In this document: positions 8,806 through 18,258 of the stretch, one piece after another
How positions within the stretch are numbered: the first letter of the stretch is position 1
How the letters are laid out: every line of letters begins with the position of its first letter
Source: an uncultured archaeon
GTDB taxonomy: Archaea > Aenigmatarchaeota > Aenigmatarchaeia > PWEA01 > JAGHBM01
Assembly: GCA_964584335.1 (NCBI GenBank)
Contig: CAZOZN010000001.1
Location: 319,830 to 383,829, forward strand
Length of the DNA: 64,000 bases
Reading direction: 5' to 3'
Notes under the pieces: generated by a model
The model's database searches: none
What the model was told of the DNA's origin: nothing
The model's input: only the letters and a program-made list of their open reading frames with translations
Program-made: the position numbers and the translations under genes

Positions 8806-10020
8806 ATGAAAAAAGACGGCGGAGTAAATATAGGTTTGTTCGGTCACGTAGACCATGGAAAAACAACAATAACCGAAGCACTCACGGGAAAGTGGGCTGA
8901 TGCACACAGCGAGGAAATGAAAAGAGGCATAACAATAAGGCTCGGTTATGCAGAAACTACTATTTACAAATGCCCGAAATGCGAAGAACCTAACTGTTAT
9001 TCTACAACTAAAAAATGCCCCACATGTTTTGGGGATACAAAGCCTCTCAGGACAATTTCTTTTGTCGACGCGCCTGGACATAACGCACTAATGGCAACAG
9101 TATTATCCGGAGCTTCTCTTATAGACGGTGCTTTGCTCATAATATCAGCAGATGAAAAATGCCCTCAACCACAAACAGCCGAACACCTGACTACACTGGA
9201 CATAGTAGGAATAAAAAATATAATAATAGTACAGAATAAGATAGACAGGGTAAGCAAGGATGAGGTAATTCAGAACTACAAACAGATTAAAAAATTCGTA
9301 AAAGGGACCGTAGCTGAAAATTCTCCAATAATTCCAATATCGGCACTGCAAAAAATAAACATAGACGCTTTGCTCAAGTCGATAGAAGAAAACATACCGA
9401 CACCGGAAAGAGACCTAAAGGCCGACCCAAAGATGTTCATAGCAAGAAGTTTTGATGTCAATAAACCCGGTAGCGAGATAGAAAAAATTATTGGAGGTAT
9501 AATGGGCGGATCTCTTACCAAGGGAAAACTTTCAATAGGAGATAAAATAGAAATAAAACCAGGAGTAAAGATAAAAGACAGTTACATGCCTCTTAAAACA
9601 GAAATAACTACACTACAAAAATTTGGAAAAAAGCTAAAAGAAGTCGGCCCCGGAGGGCTTATAGCTGTAGGCACAAAGCTAGACCCTTCACTTACAAAAA
9701 GCGACTTTCTGACAGGAAATATTGCCGGTAAAGAAGGAAAGCTGCCCCCGAACTGGGAAAAATTGACCCTTGAAGTTAATCTACTAAAAAATGTAGTAGG
9801 TACTGAAGAGAAAATGGAAGTAAAAAACATAAATACAAACGAGCCGTTAATGATAACTTCAGGAACAGGAAGAACCGTAGGCCTGGTTACTTCGGGAAGA
9901 AAAAAGGAAATTGACTTAAACTTAAAGGCTCCGATTTGCGCTGAAAAGGATGATAAAATAGCACTCTTCAGGCAAGTTGGTGGTAGATGGAGACTTATAG
10001 GATACGGAATAATAAAATAA
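8806..10020 (+). CDS. eif2g: Translation initiation factor aIF2 gamma subunit
   Basis: GHVDHGKTT, EEMKRGITIRLGY, Zn ribbon, DAPGH, PQPQTAEH, RSFDVNKPG, WRLIGYG. Confidence 0.97.
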   Translation: MKKDGGVNIGLFGHVDHGKTTITEALTGKWADAHSEEMKRGITIRLGYAETTIYKCPKCEEPNCYSTTKKCPTCFGDTKPLRTISFVDAPGHNALMATVLSGASLIDGALLIISADEKCPQPQTAEHLTTLDIVGIKNIIIVQNKIDRVSKDEVIQNYKQIKKFVKGTVAENSPIIPISALQKINIDALLKSIEENIPTPERDLKADPKMFIARSFDVNKPGSEIEKIIGGIMGGSLTKGKLSIGDKIEIKPGVKIKDSYMPLKTEITTLQKFGKKLKEVGPGGLIAVGTKLDPSLTKSDFLTGNIAGKEGKLPPNWEKLTLEVNLLKNVVGTEEKMEVKNINTNEPLMITSGTGRTVGLVTSGRKKEIDLNLKAPICAEKDDKIALFRQVGGRWRLIGYGIIK

Positions 10021-10956
10021 CTACTCTAAAACTTTAACATCATCTACTTTACCGTCGCCATCACGGTCCAGTCCTCTTATAACCGTGTAAAAATCTTTGT
10101 TCTTGTTGAACCCCTTGAGAACTTTCTTGTACTGTTGTGTAAGAGCAAGTATGCAAGCCTTGGTGCCCTCAAATTTAAGACCTGACAAAAGTATTATTTT
10201 TTTGTTCTTGTCCCATGGATTTGTTATCCTTGCTATAAGTCCATCTGTGTCCCCGCTGTAAGTGCCTTTTTTAGACTTTATGACCCATGATTTTTCCCAA
10301 TTAAATCTTATTTTCATATTTTCATTCAAGTCTGAACAAACCATATTGGCAAGCGGACCACCAATTACAACAAGATTTCTTTTATGAGACTCTTCGGCTT
10401 TGAACTCCGTATCTAACTTAACTATGAAACGGTTGCCGGTAGAACATAATTTACCCAAGAAAAAAGCAAGTTGAGCAGAGTAGTGTCCGTCTCTTGAAGT
10501 AGTAAGAAATGGGCCATGTTCGGTTGGAGAACCGACTACTATGGAACCGTCGAAAAAACCATCTTCAACGAAACCGTAAAAGAAATCCTTTAACCTTGTA
10601 TCGGAATCAACTTGGTTAAGATTTATTTCAGTCTCACCCCCGCTTAACTCAAAACCGAAGGCGCTTGCAGAAGGTGCAAAAAACTTACAGACCGCTCCGT
10701 GTCTGCTTTCCTCTCTTACAACCTCTATAAGACCCGCATTTAGCATCTTATTGATATGATAGTAAATCTTCTGTTCATGTATTTTGAGTTTTTTGGCCAG
10801 TTCATTCGGATACATCGGTTTTTCATTTAGTCTTCTTATGATATTCCAGGCCATCTTACTTGAAACGGTAGAAAGCTTTTTGGGGCTTTCGAATATTTCT
10901 ATACTTTTTGAGTAGTGTTTACCTTTCTTTTCATCGACCAGTATTTTCTTTGACAT
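10021..10956 (-). CDS. ArsR-like wHTH regulator fused to an uncharacterised C-terminal domain
   Basis: PMYPNELAKKLKIHEQKIYYHINKMLNAGLIEV helix-turn-helix; C-terminal NLVVIGGP..N and DRDGDG. Confidence 0.75.
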   Translation of the reverse strand: MSKKILVDEKKGKHYSKSIEIFESPKKLSTVSSKMAWNIIRRLNEKPMYPNELAKKLKIHEQKIYYHINKMLNAGLIEVVREESRHGAVCKFFAPSASAFGFELSGGETEINLNQVDSDTRLKDFFYGFVEDGFFDGSIVVGSPTEHGPFLTTSRDGHYSAQLAFFLGKLCSTGNRFIVKLDTEFKAEESHKRNLVVIGGPLANMVCSDLNENMKIRFNWEKSWVIKSKKGTYSGDTDGLIARITNPWDKNKKIILLSGLKFEGTKACILALTQQYKKVLKGFNKNKDFYTVIRGLDRDGDGKVDDVKVLE

Positions 10957-11126
10957 AATTAACTCCTAGATTATATTTTGATAATACATATATAAGTGTT
11001 TTTATAATAGTAGAATATCCATTATAAATAGTTTTTAAATATTAATCTAAATAAAAAAATAAAAAATGCATATTTTAAAAATCAATTAAAATAAAAATTA
11101 AATACCGTAATAGGCAAAATCTATAC

Positions 11127-12269
11127 ATGAAAATAAAAGATTACAAAAAATTCACAGAAATATCAGCCGTTTTTCTTTTTGCGACATTTCTTTTCAATCC
11201 AATACTTTCACCATACATGAAAAGCATAGGATTCAGTGAAATTGAAATGAGTGTTCTTTTTTCTTTCCTGCCCCTATCAATGATAATATTCTCTCCTTTA
11301 ATGGGAAAATTATCGGACCTGACAAGCAGAAGGCATGTGATAATCATAGGGATAGTTTTAGAGATAATTGCAATAACCCTGTACATATTCGGTAAATCTG
11401 TATTCTTGTTTGGTATTGCAAGAGTCTTAGATGCCGTAGGTTATTCGACTGTCGTTTTGATTTCCTTGGCAAAGGTGGAGGACAGTATAGGCTCAAAAAA
11501 AAGAGGAGAATATACTGGTTGGACGGAAACGATAAAATTTTCAGGAAAAATAATAGCACCGGTTATAGGAGCCATATTGGCAGACTATTATTTTATAGAA
11601 GCGCCTTTCTTCATATCAATCTTCATACTAATTTTTATGTTTGTTTTTCTTTTCAAGAGAGAAAGATTGCCAAAACTGGCAAAAAAACCATTAAATCCAT
11701 TGGAAGAGATAAGAGACTTCCTGCATTACAAAAAACTAAGAGGAATGGCCATATTAGGAATAGTAGTTCACGGAGCACATCCTGGTATAAGCCTTTTTTT
11801 GCCTCTTTTCATAGTATATGAAATGGGTCTTGGGCTGAGTTTGGTTGGAATTTCATTTTTCATACTAGAGTTTATGCATATTTTTCAATTCTGGTTTGGC
11901 AAACAATCTGACAGGAAAGGAGCATGGAAACTCGTAATTTTGGGTTGCATGATAATGAGTCTGGGTATCGGCCTATTATACATCACAAATTCATTCATTA
12001 CATTAGCTCTATTTCTATTCATACAAGGAATAGGAAGGTCAATCTGGAATGTCTCTGCGTGGAGCCTTATGTCAAAAATAGGGGAGGAAAATAAAAGAGA
12101 AGGTGAAATAGCTGCTTCGTATGCATCTATAGCCAAAATAGGTTCATTTGTAAGTTTTTTAATAAGTGGTGTTTTCGTATCTTACTTCGGCATTAAAAAT
12201 CTGTTTATGGTAAACAGTATTTTGATAATTTTGGGTGTTTTTCTCTCTTACTATTATCTTAAAGACTGA
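11127..12269 (+). CDS. MFS transporter
   Basis: About 12 TM segments; motif A GKLSDLTSRR and GKQSDRKG. Confidence 0.88.
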   Translation: MKIKDYKKFTEISAVFLFATFLFNPILSPYMKSIGFSEIEMSVLFSFLPLSMIIFSPLMGKLSDLTSRRHVIIIGIVLEIIAITLYIFGKSVFLFGIARVLDAVGYSTVVLISLAKVEDSIGSKKRGEYTGWTETIKFSGKIIAPVIGAILADYYFIEAPFFISIFILIFMFVFLFKRERLPKLAKKPLNPLEEIRDFLHYKKLRGMAILGIVVHGAHPGISLFLPLFIVYEMGLGLSLVGISFFILEFMHIFQFWFGKQSDRKGAWKLVILGCMIMSLGIGLLYITNSFITLALFLFIQGIGRSIWNVSAWSLMSKIGEENKREGEIAASYASIAKIGSFVSFLISGVFVSYFGIKNLFMVNSILIILGVFLSYYYLKD

Positions 12270-12583
12270 TTCAGAAATAAAGAAAAGTTTAAATACTTAA
12301 CGGTAGTAACATTATTTACCCAAACACCACACCCAAATCGAGGCATGCTTGCCGATGAGATTTTTCCCTCTAACTTATTTTATTATAATATATTTTTTAC
12401 TGCAACTTTCCGGTAGTTTCAAATTATAATTAAATTTAAAAACCGTTCAATAACGGGTCTTAATTTATTTTAAACTATATTAAACAAAATTACACCACTA
12501 GTAAAATATTTTTAATGGTTTAAGTGCCTTTTTAATCAACATTTTAAATACCTAAAATCTTATTATCAAAAACGGTGGATATA

Positions 12584-14344
12584 ATGTGCGGAATTATCGG
12601 CTATTTAGGAGAAAAAAATGCAGCATCCATAATATTCTCTGGCTTAAGAAAACTTGAATATAGGGGATACGACTCTGCGGGCATCTGCACTGTTGAAAAA
12701 AACAAGCTTCATATAAAAAAAGATGCGGGAAAAATAGACGAGATACAACACAAACTAAATTTAAAGGACCTGCCGGGTTGCACCGGAATAGGTCACACTA
12801 GGTGGGCAACTCACGGTAGTGTCACAAGAGAAAACGCGCATCCCCATACTAACCCAGAGAGAGACTTGGCGATAGTGCATAATGGAATAATAGAAAACTA
12901 TCAAGACCTTAAAAAATTACTCAAGGATGAAACAAAGTCAGAAACAGACTCAGAAATAATAGCGCATCTAATAGGAGAAAAAATGAACAGTGGTTTTGAT
13001 TTTGATGATGCATCAAGAGAAGTACTAAAAATGTTGGAAGGACATTTTGCCCTGCTAATATTGAACAGAAAAGAAAAAAAAATTATTGCCGCGAGAAGAG
13101 GTTCTCCTCTCGTTATAGGTGTTGGTAAAGGAGAGTATTTTCCTGCTTCGGATATACCGGCATTTCTTGATTATACAAAAAAAGTAGTTTATCTATACGA
13201 TAATGATTTTGTGGTAATAGACAAAGAAGGTATGAATTTTTTCAATCTGGAAAAGGGTAAGGTAAAAAGGAAATTGTCAACGGTTGATTGGGATTCTAAA
13301 CAGGCAAAAAAAGGAAAGTTTGAGCATTTTATGATAAAAGAAATAGTGGAACAGACAAAAACTATACAAAAAGCCATAAACCAAAGGGAAGAGGAGATAA
13401 AAGAAGTTGTAGATTATATAAAAAACTCAAGAGGTATTTTTTTCGTTGGCTGTGGGACAGCATATCATGCCTGTCTTACAGGAAGTTATATTTTTTCAAA
13501 GGTTGCAAAAAAGCATGTTAATGTGGTATCAGGTTCCGAGTTTCCTCATTTTGAGCATTTCTTAACCGACAAAGCTCTAGTTATAGCAGTTTCACAGTCA
13601 GGTGAGACTGCAGATGTTTTGGATGCAGTAAAAACGGCAAGAAAAAAAGGAAGCCGTGTACTGTCAATAGTAAATGTTATGGGTTCATCTCTTACAAGAA
13701 ATTCAGACAAATTCTTATTGACTCAGTCGGGACCAGAAATATGCGTTTTATCAACTAAGGCATATACCGCACAGCTTGCTCTGCTCCTTTTAATAGCATA
13801 TGCTTGTGCCGGAAAACTTGAAGAAGGAAGAAAACAATTAAAGAATCTTTATAATCTTGTTTATGACCTTACAGCTGAAAGCAGAAGAAACAAATTAAAA
13901 AAGCTTGCAGAGAAATTAAAGAAAAAAAACCATATGTTCACGATAGGGAGAGGACTTATGTACCCCACGGCACTGGAAGCTGCGTTGAAACTTAAAGAAG
14001 TATCTTACATACACACAGAAGGCTTTGCTGGAGGGGACCTTAAGCACGGACCAATAGCACTGATAGAAAACGGGACACCCTGCATAACATTTGTATCAAA
14101 AGAAGGTGAAAAAGAAACATTGTCAAACGCTATTGAAATAAAAAGCAGGGGCGGTTACATAATAGGGGTTGGCTCTGAAGAAAACAGTATTTTTGATTAT
14201 TTTATAAAAGTTCCCTATTCAAACGGGTGTGATCCCATAACACACATAATACCAATACAGATTCTAGCTTACCAGCTTGCTTTATTAAGAGGTTGTGACC
14301 CGGACAAACCAAGAAACCTTGCAAAAAGTGTGACAGTAAAATGA
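12584..14344 (+). CDS. glmS: Glutamine-fructose-6-phosphate aminotransferase
   Basis: MCGIIG N-terminus, EYRGYDSAG, GHTRWATHG, SQSGETAD, KHGPIAL, PRNLAKSVTV. Confidence 0.97.
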   Translation: MCGIIGYLGEKNAASIIFSGLRKLEYRGYDSAGICTVEKNKLHIKKDAGKIDEIQHKLNLKDLPGCTGIGHTRWATHGSVTRENAHPHTNPERDLAIVHNGIIENYQDLKKLLKDETKSETDSEIIAHLIGEKMNSGFDFDDASREVLKMLEGHFALLILNRKEKKIIAARRGSPLVIGVGKGEYFPASDIPAFLDYTKKVVYLYDNDFVVIDKEGMNFFNLEKGKVKRKLSTVDWDSKQAKKGKFEHFMIKEIVEQTKTIQKAINQREEEIKEVVDYIKNSRGIFFVGCGTAYHACLTGSYIFSKVAKKHVNVVSGSEFPHFEHFLTDKALVIAVSQSGETADVLDAVKTARKKGSRVLSIVNVMGSSLTRNSDKFLLTQSGPEICVLSTKAYTAQLALLLLIAYACAGKLEEGRKQLKNLYNLVYDLTAESRRNKLKKLAEKLKKKNHMFTIGRGLMYPTALEAALKLKEVSYIHTEGFAGGDLKHGPIALIENGTPCITFVSKEGEKETLSNAIEIKSRGGYIIGVGSEENSIFDYFIKVPYSNGCDPITHIIPIQILAYQLALLRGCDPDKPRNLAKSVTVK

Positions 14345-14883
14345 TAATAGAAAGACCATACTTTGATAATTATATTAAAGACCCTTTGGGTGCTTTCAAG
14401 AAAAAGGATAAGTTTCTGGGAAGAAGAAAATACAGACATGGAGAAGTTAGAATAATACATCCTGTAATAATAGAATCTCCTTCATATATAGGACCCGACT
14501 GTACAATTGGACCGTTTTCATATATAAGAGAAGGAACTTATCTCGAAGGTAATAATCATATTGGAAACTCAAGCGAGGTAAAAAATTCTATAGTTCTGGA
14601 AGGAACGAATCTGCCCCACTTCAACTATGTTGGAGATTCTATAATAGGAAAAAACTGTAATCTGGGGGCCGGAACAAAGACTGCGAATCTTAGACTTGAC
14701 GAAAAGGAAGTCAAAATTGGTAAAAAATATTCTGGACTTAGAAAATTGGGAGTAATAATGGGAGATAATGTAAAAACTGGAATAAATGTTTCCTTGTACC
14801 CCGGCGAAATTTTTGAATCATATACTTTTATTTACAATGATATAAGAAAAAACAGAATAGTAAAAAAAGTGGATGAACCATGA
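14341..14883 (+). CDS. Stand-alone left-handed beta-helix acetyltransferase (GlmU C-terminal half)
   Basis: IGPFSYIR, EVKNS, PHFNYVGDSIIG, NLGAGTKTANLR, KLGVIMGDNVKTG. Confidence 0.88.
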   Translation: MIIERPYFDNYIKDPLGAFKKKDKFLGRRKYRHGEVRIIHPVIIESPSYIGPDCTIGPFSYIREGTYLEGNNHIGNSSEVKNSIVLEGTNLPHFNYVGDSIIGKNCNLGAGTKTANLRLDEKEVKIGKKYSGLRKLGVIMGDNVKTGINVSLYPGEIFESYTFIYNDIRKNRIVKKVDEP

Positions 14884-15560
14884 AAGCAGTTATTCTTGCC
14901 GGCGGTAAAGGTAGCAGAATGAAAGAACTTACGGAAAACTTGCCAAAGGCGATGTTGCCAATTCAAGAAAAACCAATGCTCCAGGTTATTATTGAAAATA
15001 TCCGGGAAGCAGGAATAAAAGATTTCGTTGTGCTGGTTTCTTACAAAAAGGAAAAAATTATTAACTATTTCGGTAATGGAGACAAACTTGATGTAAAAAT
15101 AGAATACGCTTATCAAGAAGAACCAAAAGGAACTGCGGATGCCCTGGGTTGTGTCGAAGAACTAATAGAAGACGACTTATTTTTTATGATACATGGCGAC
15201 GTTATCATAGAAACTGATGAAATAAAAGATATTTTGGAAAGAAAAAAGCCATTAATTTGCCTAAAAAAAGTTAATGACCCGAGAAGGTTTGGGGTAGTCG
15301 AAATAAAAAACGAGAAAGTTTCCAGAATAGTTGAGAAATCTGAAAACCCTCCTTCGAACTTAATAAACACGGGTGTTTTCTTATTGCCTAGAGAAATTTT
15401 TGATGCGATAAAAGAAACACCCATTTCCGAGAGAGGCGAATTTGAACTGACAGACTCATTGGAAATAATGATAAATAAGGGAATTGATTTGGGATATCAC
15501 ATACTTGAAGAAACTACAGATATAGGAACAAAGGAAATTTACATAAAAAATAAAGATTAA
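14880..15560 (+). CDS. Sugar-phosphate nucleotidyltransferase (GlmU N-terminal-like)
   Basis: AVILAGGKGSRM..PK, QEEPKGTADA, FGVV, VEK, SERGEFELTD. Confidence 0.9.
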   Translation: MKAVILAGGKGSRMKELTENLPKAMLPIQEKPMLQVIIENIREAGIKDFVVLVSYKKEKIINYFGNGDKLDVKIEYAYQEEPKGTADALGCVEELIEDDLFFMIHGDVIIETDEIKDILERKKPLICLKKVNDPRRFGVVEIKNEKVSRIVEKSENPPSNLINTGVFLLPREIFDAIKETPISERGEFELTDSLEIMINKGIDLGYHILEETTDIGTKEIYIKNKD

Positions 15561-15584
15561 ATTCTTAACTGTTTTAATATTATT

Positions 15585-15974
15585 ATGGAAACAGGTTTTT
15601 GTGCAAATTGTAGTCCGTCTGAATTTGAAAGATGTATAAAAGATATTGTGGATGAGAATTCGGTATTATACAAAAAGGGAATATGGTCCAGACTTTTTAA
15701 TCCGTATGAAAATTCATTCGCAGTGTGGTATAAACAAAAACCAATGATTATAGAAAGAAAGGATGTTTCTATAGACACCTTTCAGCCAGATTTTATGCCA
15801 GAATACTCAGGTTTTAGCTGCGCAATTCAGGCAACTATGGGGTCCGAACAGGAATATGTTCCAAGAACAGAAGTTATTATAAAATACAAGCCACTAAAGG
15901 AAAATGATGACACTGTTTTTGATTTCATAAAAGAACTGGATAATAAGATACAATCAAGTAAAAACAATTTATAA
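15585..15974 (+). CDS. Hypothetical protein
   Basis: 129-aa ORF in operon orientation. Confidence 0.55.
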   Translation: METGFCANCSPSEFERCIKDIVDENSVLYKKGIWSRLFNPYENSFAVWYKQKPMIIERKDVSIDTFQPDFMPEYSGFSCAIQATMGSEQEYVPRTEVIIKYKPLKENDDTVFDFIKELDNKIQSSKNNL

Positions 15975-15994
15975 ATTCTTTTCTTATTCTTATC

Positions 15995-16375
15995 ATGAAG
16001 GTAATACTGGATACAAACTTTTTCATTTTACCGGGAAAATTAAAGATAGACATATTTTCAGAGATAGATAGAATAATAGACGAAAAATATGAAATCGTAA
16101 CTATCAAACCTGTTATAAACGAGCTTCGTGGACTTGCGAGAGAAAAAGGCAAGAAAGGCATGCATGCCAAATTAGGTCTCCAGCTTATAGAAAAAAAGAA
16201 AGTAAAAATATTAAAAACCAGGGAAAGAGACGCGGACAAAGCGATTTTAAAGGCATCAGAAAAAGAAGATGATGTGATAGTTGGAACCTTGGACAAAGAA
16301 CTTAGAAAAAAATTAGAGAAGTCCAACAAAAAAACAATATATTTAAGAGCGAAAAAATACTTAGTGTTAGGTTGA
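15995..16375 (+). CDS. PIN-domain RNase (Fcf1/Utp24-like)
   Basis: VILDTNF, V..EL, DAD..I, TLDKELR; conserved position near rpoE. Confidence 0.88.
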   Translation: MKVILDTNFFILPGKLKIDIFSEIDRIIDEKYEIVTIKPVINELRGLAREKGKKGMHAKLGLQLIEKKKVKILKTRERDADKAILKASEKEDDVIVGTLDKELRKKLEKSNKKTIYLRAKKYLVLG

Positions 16376-16379
16376 TTTT

Positions 16380-16916
16380 ATGAATTCTGTAAACTTGTGG
16401 CATGATATAAAGAAAGATAAATCATCACCCAAAATAGTAAAGGTTGTAGTAGAAACGCCAATGGGCTCAAGAAACAAATACGAGTACGACAAAAAATACA
16501 ACTCGATGAAGCTAGATAGAATACTTTATTCGCCGGTGCATTATCCCGGTGATTACGGTTTCATACCGAGAACATACGGAGAAGATGGTGACCCCCTGGA
16601 TGTAATGGTACTGGTAACGGAACCGACATATCCTGGGATAATAATGAGAGCAAGACCTGTTGCACTGCTAAGGATGGTAGATGAAAATGTTTACGATGAT
16701 AAAATAATATGTGTCCCACTAAATGACCCAAGAAACAAAAAAATAAGGGACAAGAAAGACCTTCCTCCGCATGTTTTAGAGGAAATAGAACACTTTTTTA
16801 ACGTATATAAACATTTGGAAGGTAAAAATGTAAACACGAAAGGATGGAAAGATAACAATAAAGCAAGAAAAGTTATCGAACATGCAACAAGGTTATATAA
16901 AAGAAAATTCAGCTAA
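16380..16916 (+). CDS. ppa: Inorganic pyrophosphatase, family I
   Basis: KYEYD, YPGDYGFIPRT, DGDPLD, DDKI, HFFNVYK. Confidence 0.95.
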   Translation: MNSVNLWHDIKKDKSSPKIVKVVVETPMGSRNKYEYDKKYNSMKLDRILYSPVHYPGDYGFIPRTYGEDGDPLDVMVLVTEPTYPGIIMRARPVALLRMVDENVYDDKIICVPLNDPRNKKIRDKKDLPPHVLEEIEHFFNVYKHLEGKNVNTKGWKDNNKARKVIEHATRLYKRKFS

Positions 16917-16931
16917 TTAGAGGGTGTAAGA

Positions 16932-17504
16932 ATGTTTAAGATAATAGAAGTAGAAGACTCTGTAAGAGTGCCACCAGAGAAATTTGGCAAAGACCTTGAA
17001 GAGTCTATAGGAGAAAGTGTACAGGAAAAATTTGAAGGTGTTTTCACTCCAGACCTTGGAATAGTCTTGAACCTAGACGGAATAAAAGAAGTAGGAGAAG
17101 GTAAACTTATACCGGAAGATGGTGGAGTTTACTATTCAGCCAAGTTCAAACTTCTTGTATACATACCAGAGGAACATGAAATAACAATAGGAGAGGTAGT
17201 TGATATAACAGAATTTGGTGCTTTTGTTAGGATAGGTCCTGTTGATGCAATGACACACATATCCCAAATAATGAATGATTATGTTAGTTATGATAAGAAA
17301 AATTCTACCTTAGTGGGTAGAGACAACAAAAAAACTCTGAAAGAAGGAGACATAGTGAGAGCCAGAGTCATATCAGTTTCATTCACAAAGAACAACAGAG
17401 TAGGATTGACAATGAGACAGAATCGTTTGGGTGCTCTAAAATGGATGGAAGACGAAAAGAAAAAAGAAGATCAGAAACAAAACAAAGAAGAAAATAAAAA
17501 ATAG
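16932..17504 (+). CDS. rpoE1: RNA polymerase subunit Rpo7 (E')
   Basis: VRVPPEKFG, S1 domain FGAFVRIGPVD..HISQI, LTMRQ..LG. Confidence 0.95.
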   Translation: MFKIIEVEDSVRVPPEKFGKDLEESIGESVQEKFEGVFTPDLGIVLNLDGIKEVGEGKLIPEDGGVYYSAKFKLLVYIPEEHEITIGEVVDITEFGAFVRIGPVDAMTHISQIMNDYVSYDKKNSTLVGRDNKKTLKEGDIVRARVISVSFTKNNRVGLTMRQNRLGALKWMEDEKKKEDQKQNKEENKK

Positions 17505-17512
17505 GTGATATT

Positions 17513-17704
17513 ATGGTCAGAGAAAAAGTATGTTCGGAATGCAAGAGATTTGTAAGGGGTGATATGTGTCCCGCATGCAAGACTTCAAAATTAACCAGAA
17601 ACTGGAAGGGGTCTGCCATTATAATAGACCCGGAAAGTGAAATAGCAGAAACACTTGGAATAGAAGCTCCCGGAAGATATGCAATTTCTATATCTAAATT
17701 TTAG
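17513..17704 (+). CDS. spt4: Transcription elongation factor Spt4 (RpoE'')
   Basis: CxxC..CPxC, WKG..IIDPESEIA, PGRYA. Confidence 0.93.
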   Translation: MVREKVCSECKRFVRGDMCPACKTSKLTRNWKGSAIIIDPESEIAETLGIEAPGRYAISISKF

Positions 17705-17713
17705 GTGATCAAA

Positions 17714-18232
17714 ATGAAAATAAAAATTACAGACACTAAGAAAAATCCTTTGATGAAAAGAGAAGAAATTAAAGGAATTATAGAACACGAAGGAATGCCA
17801 ACTCCTTCAAGAGCATCATTGCAAAAATACATATCAAAGGAAAATAAAATAGAGCAAAAACATGTCGACATAAGAAAGGTTTTCTCGGCTTCAGGAAGAG
17901 AGGACGCCAAGCTCATAGCATATATTTGGAAAGAAAAAGAGGTTCCTATATTAGCAGAAAAGAAATCCGAAGAGTCAAAGAAGGAAGAAACTAAAGAGAA
18001 GCCTAAAGAAGAGCCGGACAAAAAAGAATCTAAAGAAGAAAAGAAACCAGAAAAGGAAGAAAAACCTGAAGAGAAGAAAGAGGAAAAACCTGAAAAAGAG
18101 CCTGAAGAAAAGAAAGAAGAACCAAAAAAAGAGGAAAAGAAAGAGAAAAAGAATAAAGAAAAAGAAGAACCAAAAAAAGAAACTTCCAAAGAGGACAAGA
18201 AAACAGAAAAGAAAGAAGACAAAAAGAAATAA
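17714..18232 (+). CDS. rps24e: 30S ribosomal protein S24e with long Lys/Glu tail
   Basis: NPLMKREE, TPSR; follows spt4; GGTGA SD motif before ATG 17714. Confidence 0.9.
   Translation: MKIKITDTKKNPLMKREEIKGIIEHEGMPTPSRASLQKYISKENKIEQKHVDIRKVFSASGREDAKLIAYIWKEKEVPILAEKKSEESKKEETKEKPKEEPDKKESKEEKKPEKEEKPEEKKEEKPEKEPEEKKEEPKKEEKKEKKNKEKEEPKKETSKEDKKTEKKEDKKK
17996..18219 (+). repeat. Direct repeat copy 2 (224 bp) encoding the shared K/E tail
   Basis: Near-identical to 8476..8702. Confidence 0.95.
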
Positions 18233-18258
18233 AAAATCTAAAACAATAGGTCTGTTTC

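Noticed and set aside
12270-12583. glmS ribozyme upstream of glmS
   Set aside because: The conserved core (AGCGCC...GACGAGG) is not visible and the region is too AT-rich.
8476-18219. Direct repeats as ends of a mobile element
   Set aside because: They enclose essential genes, are in-frame coding sequence, and no integrase or transposase is present.
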